This document shows, piece after piece, positions 44,907 to 52,598 of a stretch of DNA of 64,000 nt. The notes under the pieces are model-generated. The model saw nothing but the letters and a program-made list of their open reading frames with translations, did no database searches and had not been told where the DNA came from. The first letter of the stretch is position 1. Each line of letters begins with the position of its first letter. The stretch is from IMG/VR virus record IMGVR_UViG_3300037244_000020, positions 1-64,000 of that record; one strand, written 5' to 3'. The stretch comes from a virus. The position numbers were made by a program, and so were the translations under genes.

Positions 44907-46058
44907 TTGACCACTGTGGCAAATACACTGACCGGGCTTCTCCCGACTCTTTATGAATCGCTGGATATCGTTTCGCGAGAGCAGGTCGGGTTCATCCCGT
45001 CTGTCGCGATGGACGCGAGCGCCGAACGTGCAGCGGTGGGTCAACAGATCCTCGTTCCGATCACGCCGGCGTCGCAGTCCTACGCCGTCACGCCGGGTGT
45101 GACCGCACCGAACACGGGGGATCAGATCATCGGTAACACGCCGATCACGATCTCGGCGTCCAACGCAGTGGCGATTCGCTGGAACGGTGAAGAACAGCGC
45201 GGCATCAACACTGGCCCAGGCTACACGAACATCAAGAACAACCAGATCGTGCAGGCGATGCGCACGCTGTGCAATGGCATCGAACTGCTGGTTGCGCAGA
45301 CGGCCTACCTCGGTGCGTCGCGGGCAAGCGGCACTGCAGGCGCTACGCCGTTCGCGTCGGATCTGTCGGCAACCGCCAATTCGCGCAAGATTCTGGCGGA
45401 TAACGGCGCACCGCTGTCGGACATCCATCTGACGATGAACACGACCGCTGGCGCGAAAATGCGCACGCTGACGCAATTGACGAAGGCGAATGAAGCAGCC
45501 GACGACACGATGCTGCGTCAAGGTGTACTGCTCGACGTCCATGGCTTCGAGATCCGTGAATCGGCACAGATCCAGTCGACGACCAAGGGCACGGGTGCTA
45601 GTTACGTGACCAACGGTGCGGCGGTAGTCGGCCAGACTGTGATCCCTCTGATTACGGGTACGGGCACGATTGTTGCTGGTGATGTCGTAACTTTCGCAGG
45701 GGATCCGAACCTCTACGTGGTGGCGGCGGGCGGCGGCATTGCTGCTCCGGGGTCTATCACGATCAACAAGCCGGGTCTTCTGACGAATGTTTCCGGCAGT
45801 ACCGCCGTTACGGTTGGAGGCTCGTATACGCCGAACTTGGCCTATCACCGAAATTCAATCGCGTTGGTCACGCGCAGCCCCGCGCTCCCCATCGAAGGGG
45901 ATATGGCGGTGGACCGGGTGACGATCATCGACCCGCGCAGCGGCTTGGCATTCGATGTTGCGCAATATTTACAATATCGTCAGGTGTTGACGGAAATCTC
46001 GATTGCGTACGGCGTGGCTGTCATAAAGCCAGAACATGTGACGACGCTTTTGGGCTAG
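44907..46058 (+). CDS. major capsid protein (P22 coat-like)
   Basis: ANTLTGLLPTLYESLDIVSREQVGFIP..AYGVAVIKPEH; TTG start with AGAGGA. Confidence 0.9.
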   Translation: MTTVANTLTGLLPTLYESLDIVSREQVGFIPSVAMDASAERAAVGQQILVPITPASQSYAVTPGVTAPNTGDQIIGNTPITISASNAVAIRWNGEEQRGINTGPGYTNIKNNQIVQAMRTLCNGIELLVAQTAYLGASRASGTAGATPFASDLSATANSRKILADNGAPLSDIHLTMNTTAGAKMRTLTQLTKANEAADDTMLRQGVLLDVHGFEIRESAQIQSTTKGTGASYVTNGAAVVGQTVIPLITGTGTIVAGDVVTFAGDPNLYVVAAGGGIAAPGSITINKPGLLTNVSGSTAVTVGGSYTPNLAYHRNSIALVTRSPALPIEGDMAVDRVTIIDPRSGLAFDVAQYLQYRQVLTEISIAYGVAVIKPEHVTTLLG

Positions 46059-46074
46059 TAGCCTAGTCTCACTG

Positions 46075-46114
46075 AAAACCCTCCGCAGTGGAAGTTGCGG
46101 AGGGTTTTGTTTTT
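46075..46114 (+). terminator. intrinsic terminator after MCP
   Basis: AAAACCCTCCGCA..TGCGGAGGGTTTTGTTTTT. Confidence 0.85.
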
Positions 46115-46130
46115 CTGTAGTATTGCAGTC

Positions 46131-46184
46131 GGAGGTGAACGGGCCGGCCAGCCCTTTCGGTGCTCATTCCACTGAATAGCCTCC
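46131..46184 (+). ncRNA. cloverleaf leader RNA, copy 3
   Basis: GGAGG/CCTCC closing stem; loop CTCATTC complementary to GAATGAG overlapping the RBS (46200-46206). Confidence 0.55.
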
Positions 46185-46214
46185 AAATTTCAAATAATCG
46201 AATGAGGATTTCAA

Positions 46215-47051
46215 GTGAACTACCAGAAGCATTACGATACGCTGATCGATCGCGCCCGAAACCGTAAGCTTTCAGGGTATAAGGAACGCCATCACGTCAT
46301 CCCTCGCTGTATGGGCGGGAGCGATGACAAGTCAAATCTTGTGGAGTTGCTGGCGGAAGAGCATTTCGTGGGCCATCTTCTGTTGGCGCGCATCCACCCG
46401 GAAAACAGAAAGTTGGTGTTCGCTGCGAACATGATGCTGATGAACAGCCCGATGCATCATGGCGCTCGATCCAGGAACAAGAGGCATGCGTGGCTTAGAA
46501 AGGCACACGCCGAGGCAGCAAGAGCTACGCATCTAGGAGTTCCAAAGTCCCCTGAACACGTCGCCAAGGTAAGCCGGGCATTGACGGGTAAGCCAGGAAC
46601 GCGGCGAGGGGCGGTCACTGCGGAGGAAACCAAGGCGAAGCAGTCCGCAGCAGCCTTCGCTAGACCTGACAAGGCTGAAAATGACGAGAAGATGCGGGAA
46701 GGCTACGCAAGGATGACGCCACAGGAGCGTACGGCGCAGGCGGGTAAGGCATGGGATACAAAGCGCGCCAACGGGAAAGATAGGGACACGCCAGAGACGA
46801 GGGCCAAGAAAAGCACGGCGGGCAGGGAGCGCTCTCAGAGAGAAACCTCAGAGGAGAAAACCGCCCGAGCTTTGAAGGCTGCAGAGTCACGCCGCCGTAA
46901 CGGAAGTGACAAAGCTACGCCTGAATCCCGAGAGCGTATGCGCCAAGCCCATCTCGGGAAGAAACAATCCTTGGAAACCGTCGCCAAACGTAAAGCCACT
47001 ATAGCACGCAATAAAGCGCTCAAGGCTGTTACAATGCCGGAAAACACCTGA
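46215..47051 (+). CDS. HNH homing endonuclease with NUMOD3-like repeats
   Basis: ERHHVIPRCMGGSDDKSNLVELLAEEHFVGHLLL. Confidence 0.9.
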   Translation: MNYQKHYDTLIDRARNRKLSGYKERHHVIPRCMGGSDDKSNLVELLAEEHFVGHLLLARIHPENRKLVFAANMMLMNSPMHHGARSRNKRHAWLRKAHAEAARATHLGVPKSPEHVAKVSRALTGKPGTRRGAVTAEETKAKQSAAAFARPDKAENDEKMREGYARMTPQERTAQAGKAWDTKRANGKDRDTPETRAKKSTAGRERSQRETSEEKTARALKAAESRRRNGSDKATPESRERMRQAHLGKKQSLETVAKRKATIARNKALKAVTMPENT

Positions 47052-47064
47052 TTGGAGCCGATCC

Positions 47065-47250
47065 GTGGCAACCGCACCAATGAAAGCTGCAGCAAAGACC
47101 GTTCCGGCGAAAACTGCTCCAAAGACGCCGAACGGAAAGATCACGCTGGACCAAGCGTTGAAGATGTATGACAACTCCCCGGCCGACAAGGCTGCTGACC
47201 TCGCTGCGGCAAAGAAGTTGATGGCTGCGCACAATAAGAAGGTGAAGTGA
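47065..47250 (+). CDS. small basic protein
   Basis: GGAG RBS. Confidence 0.6.
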   Translation: MATAPMKAAAKTVPAKTAPKTPNGKITLDQALKMYDNSPADKAADLAAAKKLMAAHNKKVK

Positions 47251-47251
47251 C

Positions 47252-47515
47252 ATGTCCGAAGTCATCCCGACCGTACGCGTATTGCACCCGGACCACCCGG
47301 ACGGCATTCTAATGAATGAAGCTGATCTGACCGATGAGCATGTGCTTGTCGATCCGAAGGCTGAGAAAGCGCGGCGCAAGAGTCTGAAAGAGACGTTGGC
47401 TGCGGAGATTGCCGCAGAGGACGCAGCAGAAAAAGAAGCTGCTGCGCGCGCCGCGCATGTCGCCAGTACGCTTGCTTCGCTCAGTGAAGCGATTGACCAA
47501 GGCGCGAAAGCCTGA
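47252..47515 (+). CDS. hypothetical head-region protein
   Basis: 87 aa in late operon. Confidence 0.65.
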   Translation: MSEVIPTVRVLHPDHPDGILMNEADLTDEHVLVDPKAEKARRKSLKETLAAEIAAEDAAEKEAAARAAHVASTLASLSEAIDQGAKA

Positions 47516-48081
47516 TGGCGCTCATCGTCGAAGACGGCACAGTTGTTGCGGGGGCGAATTCTTACTGCACGAAAGCTTACGCTGACAACTACCATGCGAA
47601 CGTCGGTAACGTCGCGTGGGCTGCTTTGCCGAGCGTCAATGACGTACCTGCGCCTGCGGAAAGCGTCGTCACCAAGGAAGCGCTGCTGCAGCGAGCGACG
47701 CAGTACATGCTTGGCGTCTATCGGCTGCGCTGGCTAGGGCTTCGGATAAGCCCGACGCAATCGTTGGACTGGCCGCGCTTAGGCGTGATCCTAAAAGATA
47801 CGGCGTCGTTCTTCGTCGACCAGCGCTTGGCCTACACAGTGCCCGCCAATATCGTACCTGACGTTGTCCAGCAGGCGTGTTCGGAATTGGCGCTGCGCGC
47901 TTCGACGCAGGATTTGTGGCCGGATCTGGACCAGCGCACGCTGCTGGAAAAGGTCGGCCCGATCCAGGTGAACTACGATCGCTTCTCCCCGCAATACCGG
48001 CGCTTCCGGCAAGTGGACCTGCTGCTCAATCCGTATCTGGACGGTACGAACGGGTTGACAACGCGGGTGGTGCGTCGGTAA
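47515..48081 (+). CDS. head-tail adaptor (DnaT-like domain)
   Basis: MALIVEDGT..GANSY..QSLDWPR..EKVGPI. Confidence 0.82.
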   Translation: MALIVEDGTVVAGANSYCTKAYADNYHANVGNVAWAALPSVNDVPAPAESVVTKEALLQRATQYMLGVYRLRWLGLRISPTQSLDWPRLGVILKDTASFFVDQRLAYTVPANIVPDVVQQACSELALRASTQDLWPDLDQRTLLEKVGPIQVNYDRFSPQYRRFRQVDLLLNPYLDGTNGLTTRVVRR

Positions 48082-48106
48082 GCCCTACTAAACCCAGAGA
48101 ACCCAC

Positions 48107-48313
48107 ATGAAACCCATTCAACACTCCACCAACACGCACATGCAAGGCTCGCTTCCCATAACGAAGACGGAAGCCGAGGGCAAATCCGCGATCATCTCGT
48201 TCTGGAAGCCAACGCAAGAGGAACTGATGAGCCTCAACATGGGGGGCTTGATCTCGCTGCTGGTGATAGGGGATGCCATGCCTACCGTGGCCGTGACGGC
48301 GATCAAGGCATGA
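48107..48313 (+). CDS. hypothetical protein
   Basis: SFWKPTQEELxxLNxGG pattern. Confidence 0.65.
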   Translation: MKPIQHSTNTHMQGSLPITKTEAEGKSAIISFWKPTQEELMSLNMGGLISLLVIGDAMPTVAVTAIKA

Positions 48314-48525
48314 GTGCGAACGTCATTAAGCTTCAGCACACAGGTACGCCGCGCACTCTGATGGAGAACGCGGCTGAAATCGCCCACGACATGAAGTATG
48401 CGTTGATGGTGTTCGTTCGGAAGGACGGCACTATCGGGACGGAATGGTCACATATACCCGATAACCTAGCGGCACTAGGAGCGATTGAAGTCCTGCGATC
48501 CGAGTTTCTTTCAAACGCGCTATGA
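48310..48525 (+). CDS. hypothetical protein
   Basis: ATGA overlaps. Confidence 0.6.
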   Translation: MSANVIKLQHTGTPRTLMENAAEIAHDMKYALMVFVRKDGTIGTEWSHIPDNLAALGAIEVLRSEFLSNAL

Positions 48526-48938
48526 GCATCTACGACAGCCTCCAAGCCACGGCGATGTCGCTGCTGACCCGGTATGGCAGACCGAAAGGCGTCACACTGC
48601 TGCAAGCCGGGCCTGCGTCTTACGACCCTGCGACGGGTAAGAATTCGCCAACGACGACCACGTACATCGGTACCGGGGTGTTGATCGACTACTCGCTCAC
48701 GCAGCCCTCTGTGTCGACGGTACGCGGCACAGAGATCCAGCAAGGCGACAAACTGCTGTATCTCGGTATGCAGGGCACGTTGAACGGTGTTCCGGTCCAG
48801 ATGCCACAGCCGAACACGGATGATACGATCGTAGTCGCGGGCACGTCGTATAACGTCGAGGCGACGACTACGATTGACCCTGCTGGCACGCCAGTAATAC
48901 ATACGATGCACCTCAGAGGCGTTCCAGGGGTACCTTAA
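48522..48938 (+). CDS. head closure/stopper protein
   Basis: YDPATG..GTEIQQGDK; synteny. Confidence 0.75.
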   Translation: MSIYDSLQATAMSLLTRYGRPKGVTLLQAGPASYDPATGKNSPTTTTYIGTGVLIDYSLTQPSVSTVRGTEIQQGDKLLYLGMQGTLNGVPVQMPQPNTDDTIVVAGTSYNVEATTTIDPAGTPVIHTMHLRGVPGVP

Positions 48939-49402
48939 TGGCAGATTTCGCTGCTCAGATTCGAGCGTTCCAAGACAAAGTGCGACGCAACATTGACATC
49001 GTCGTTCAGGAGTCGACGGCTGAGATCGCGGCCGAGCTTGTAAGCCGCACGCCGATAGACATCACGACACTGCGCGCGAATTGGCAGTTCACGATCGGGG
49101 CGCCGTCTGGGGAAGACTTCCCGGGAGCGGCAGACGAGTCGCCGGAGGGGTCTACTACAGCAGCGAAGCTGGGGAGCGAGATCAGGGAAGTGCCTGCGGG
49201 TTCCGTGACCTACGTAGTGAACAACAGGCCGTATATGCCGATGATTGAATATGGCCTGTACACCGGCGGAACTAGCGGCAAACGCCGCAGCAGCAAGACT
49301 ATCAACGGCTTCTCCACGCAAGCACCAGCAGGCGTGCGCGACGTGACCGCCATCGGATGGCAAACCTTTGTTAAAAACGCTATCGCCAAAATAATTACAT
49401 GA
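48938..49402 (+). CDS. neck protein (HK97 gp10-like)
   Basis: RTPID...RANW..NNRPY..IEYG..STQAPAG. Confidence 0.8.
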   Translation: MADFAAQIRAFQDKVRRNIDIVVQESTAEIAAELVSRTPIDITTLRANWQFTIGAPSGEDFPGAADESPEGSTTAAKLGSEIREVPAGSVTYVVNNRPYMPMIEYGLYTGGTSGKRRSSKTINGFSTQAPAGVRDVTAIGWQTFVKNAIAKIIT

Positions 49403-49815
49403 ATTCAGACATCCGGGAAGCCTTCGAGACGCGCATCGCAGCATTTGCCGCCGCGCAGAAACCGCCGCTGCCGATCGCGTGGGAGAACACGTCCTACACA
49501 CCTTCGCCGAGCGTCGCGTACTTACGATGCGCCATGCTTCCGGCCGTGACGCAGAATCCGTCGATGGGCGCTCCGCACGTGCGGCTGGTGGGTCTGTACC
49601 AGGTGAATGTGTACGGAATTCAAGATGAGGGACCGGCCGGTGCGGAAGCCATTGCAGATGCCATAATCGCGTTGTTTCCGCGCGGCGGCATGGTGCAGAA
49701 CGGCGTGATTGTCAATATCGACACAACGGGGTCGCGAGCACAAGGCTTGAACGACATCAACGGGTTCTTCTTTATCCCGGTACGAGTCAAGTATCGCGAA
49801 GATGTTTTGAGTTGA
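49399..49815 (+). CDS. tail terminator (DUF4128-like)
   Basis: IAWEN..GLYQVNV..IPVRVKY; synteny. Confidence 0.78.
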   Translation: MNSDIREAFETRIAAFAAAQKPPLPIAWENTSYTPSPSVAYLRCAMLPAVTQNPSMGAPHVRLVGLYQVNVYGIQDEGPAGAEAIADAIIALFPRGGMVQNGVIVNIDTTGSRAQGLNDINGFFFIPVRVKYREDVLS

Positions 49816-49891
49816 CGCGGAAAGGTTGCGTACAGCGCTTTAACGTTGTACAGTAGATTCTCGAACCCACCCTTAGACGAAGCCCGCGCCC

Positions 49892-50356
49892 ATGAAAGAT
49901 ACCCTTGAAAGTTTTCTTCCCAAGATCCAAGAGTCACTAGATATCGCGTCACGTGATTTGAACTGGCTCTCAGACATTACTCTCGACGCCAGCGACGAGA
50001 AGGTAGCGAAAGGCAGCAAAACTGCGGGAGAGTGCGGGAGCGTAACTATCTCTCAAGCTATGTATGTTGCGCTTCCAGTTACTCCCCCGCTCTATAAGGC
50101 TAGTGAAGATCCACGGTATCTGGAACGACACCACGTGACGCACGCCTTCAAGACACTCTTCGAAGCCGTCGAGGCAGAGATTGCTGAAGGGTCAACAGTG
50201 CTCGCTACCCGCCTTCCTGACGTTCCTGACATTGTAATAAATTCAGCCGTGGTTACTGATAAGCGCAGCGGTATCTCATTTTGTATTTGGGACTACGGCC
50301 ACCCACCTCTGGGGCGTGTGCGCTACACGGTCAATATCGCTTACGGCGTAGCCTGA
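49892..50356 (+). CDS. internally deleted paralogue of the major capsid protein
   Basis: TLESFLPKIQESLDIASRD vs TLTGLLPTLYESLDIVSRE; DKRSGISF..NIAYGVA vs DPRSGLAF..SIAYGVA. Confidence 0.75.
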   Translation: MKDTLESFLPKIQESLDIASRDLNWLSDITLDASDEKVAKGSKTAGECGSVTISQAMYVALPVTPPLYKASEDPRYLERHHVTHAFKTLFEAVEAEIAEGSTVLATRLPDVPDIVINSAVVTDKRSGISFCIWDYGHPPLGRVRYTVNIAYGVA

Positions 50357-50372
50357 CTAGACAAGCAGGTAA

Positions 50373-50432
50373 TTCCCCTGTGAAGCGCGTTTTGAGCTAA
50401 AATCGCGCGAAAGTCTATACTTCACAGGGGAA
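50373..50432 (+). promoter_or_regulatory. 13-bp inverted repeat covering the tail-tube RBS, with a -10 box between the arms
   Basis: TTCCCCTGTGAAG / CTTCACAGGGGAA; TAAAAT at 50398-50403. Confidence 0.6.
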
Positions 50433-50437
50433 GATTC

Positions 50438-51658
50438 ATGGGTTTGATCGCCGTTGGCGTATCCAAGCAGCTAATTTTCGCGAAGGAGACCACTTTCGCT
50501 GTGGAGGCTCCTGCGGCATCAGGCCAGCTTTTGCGCCGCACCACCAGTAACTTGGACTTGGCGAAGAAGACTTACAAGTCGACGGAAATTCGCCCGGACT
50601 ATCAGCGTTCTGACTTCCGCCATGGCACGCGCTCTGTGACCGGCACGATCTCCGATGAATTGTCGGTTGGCACGTTCGAAGCGTTCATGGCCTCCGCAAT
50701 GCGCCAAGCGTGGCAGACGCCAGCTACGAGTGGTCCGATCACGGTCATCACGGCGCAAGCAACCGCCCCGCAATTCGCGCGTTCGGCAGGATCATTTCTG
50801 ACGGATGGGTTTAAGATCGGTGACGTGGTGCGCTGGTCGGGATTCTCTACGGGCGGCGCGACGGCGAACAACGCCAAGAACTTCCTGATCACGGCGCTCG
50901 ATGCGACCGACATGACGGGCGTATTCCTGAATAACGATCCAGTTGCGCCGGACGTCGCAGGAGACTCGGTCACCTGTTCCGTGGTGGGCAAGAAGACGTG
51001 GATTCCGACGACCGGCCACACGCGGGATTCGTACACGATCGAGCACAGCTACACGGACATCAGCCAGAGCCAAGTGTTCACGGGCTGCCGCATCAGCCAG
51101 ATGACGGTCAAGCTGCCGTCAACGGGCTTGGCTACCGTGGACTTCCCGGTCCTCGGCATTAACGGCACCGAGACGGCCGGGGCGTATTTCACCACCCCGG
51201 CTGCGCCTTCTACCGGCAAGATTCTTGCAGCGGTCAACGGGGCGATGTACGTGGGCGGGGTGCAGGTCGCTGTGGTGACATCGATTGACTTCACGGTCAA
51301 CGGCAATATGACGACTGGCGACGTGGTCGGCTCCAATGTGGCGCCGGACATCTTCCCAGGTTCCATCGACGTGACCGGCACGATCTCTGCGTACTTCGAG
51401 GATGAGACGTTCCAATCCGCGTTCTATAACGAAACGGAAGTGGCAGTAGTCGTGGCGCTGACGGCTGACAATACGCCGACTGCGGACTTCCAAGTCTACA
51501 GCTTCCCACGCTGCAAGTTCAACGGCGCGACGAAGAACGACGGTGAAGTGGGGCTGGTGCAGTCGGTACCGTTCGTGGCGCTGCTCAACAACGCAGGGGG
51601 CGCTGCTGCTCCTACGCTGCTCACCACGATGTCGATTCAAGACTCGGCGGCTGTCTAA
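50438..51658 (+). CDS. major tail tube protein
   Basis: KETTF..LRR..STEIRPD..SYTIEH..YFED; synteny. Confidence 0.88.
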   Translation: MGLIAVGVSKQLIFAKETTFAVEAPAASGQLLRRTTSNLDLAKKTYKSTEIRPDYQRSDFRHGTRSVTGTISDELSVGTFEAFMASAMRQAWQTPATSGPITVITAQATAPQFARSAGSFLTDGFKIGDVVRWSGFSTGGATANNAKNFLITALDATDMTGVFLNNDPVAPDVAGDSVTCSVVGKKTWIPTTGHTRDSYTIEHSYTDISQSQVFTGCRISQMTVKLPSTGLATVDFPVLGINGTETAGAYFTTPAAPSTGKILAAVNGAMYVGGVQVAVVTSIDFTVNGNMTTGDVVGSNVAPDIFPGSIDVTGTISAYFEDETFQSAFYNETEVAVVVALTADNTPTADFQVYSFPRCKFNGATKNDGEVGLVQSVPFVALLNNAGGAAAPTLLTTMSIQDSAAV

Positions 51659-51781
51659 AATAACGAAAGCCCTCTATAATGGGGGCTTCAACCTTCTGCA
51701 CGCAAAGACCGGCCGTTCGGCGCTAGGCTCATAGCTTAGAGTGCCAGCGATCTTTGCGTGCACTAACCCACGGGGAATTGC

Positions 51782-52246
51782 ATGAGCGACAATCAAGACA
51801 ACAGCGGCGAAGCCCAAGCATCGGCTCCGGTCATCGGCTTCGACATCGGCCTGTCGGACACCAGCGAGTTGACCTACGACATCCCGTTCAGCTTCGATGC
51901 GGACGGTAAGGCCAGCGCAGGCATTACGGTTGTCGGCAAGAACTCCCAGCAGTACAAGGACGCCGACCGCGCTCTTTCGCGCGTGGCGCTGAAGAAGTCG
52001 GCTGTGCGCGGCCGCCCGCTGGATCTGAAGAAGGACTCCGACTCGGACGAATTCCTCGATCAGCGCGAATCCACGAACGTCGCGCTCGCGGTCGCCATTA
52101 CGGTCGGCTGGTTTGGCCTGACGGACAAAGGCGCTGAGTTCCCGTTCAGCAAGGCTGCGGCTCAGATGCTCTACTCGAAGAATAGCGTAGTGCGTGACAA
52201 AGTGCTTGTTGCTGTCGAGGACGCCTCAAATTTTTTGAAACGCTGA
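51782..52246 (+). CDS. tail assembly chaperone (gpG analogue)
   Basis: Between tube and TMP; ends on a slippery site. Confidence 0.8.
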   Translation: MSDNQDNSGEAQASAPVIGFDIGLSDTSELTYDIPFSFDADGKASAGITVVGKNSQQYKDADRALSRVALKKSAVRGRPLDLKKDSDSDEFLDQRESTNVALAVAITVGWFGLTDKGAEFPFSKAAAQMLYSKNSVVRDKVLVAVEDASNFLKR

Positions 52247-52590
52247 TCAAAGCCACCGTTCAGCATTGCGAGGCTGAATTCAGGCTCGCAAAACTGGGGC
52301 CGGACGGGGTACCGAAGCGTACGCATCTTGAAGCGGTCATGAGCCAGACAGGGAAGTTGCCCAAAGAACTGGCTAGTATCCCGAAGATGCCGAACGAGAT
52401 GGTGTACCTGTTCGAATGGTTTTGCGAGCTTGACATGGCGAGGGGCGGCAACGGGTTCGGCATCAACCCGCTGGGCTTCACAGAGATCAGCGCGTGGGCG
52501 CAACTCACACGCAATTGCCCTCAGCCGTGGGAGATCGAGGTTCTGAGACGGCTCGACGCTGTTAGAATCCGGGTAGCGAACGAAAAATAG
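52231..52590 (+). CDS. tail assembly chaperone -1 frameshift extension (gpGT analogue)
   Basis: T TTT TTG heptamer 52231-52237; -1 frame open into the 52339-52590 ORF. Confidence 0.78.
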   Translation, partial: FFETLIKATVQHCEAEFRLAKLGPDGVPKRTHLEAVMSQTGKLPKELASIPKMPNEMVYLFEWFCELDMARGGNGFGINPLGFTEISAWAQLTRNCPQPWEIEVLRRLDAVRIRVANEK

Positions 52591-52598
52591 GGAAAGCA

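Noticed and set aside
44016-45848. 610-aa minus-strand ORF
   Set aside because: Antisense to scaffold and MCP, no motifs; same for 15643-16983 and 59126-60385
49892-50356. DGR template repeat of the capsid gene
   Set aside because: Similarity is protein-level and not adenine-specific; no reverse transcriptase in the window
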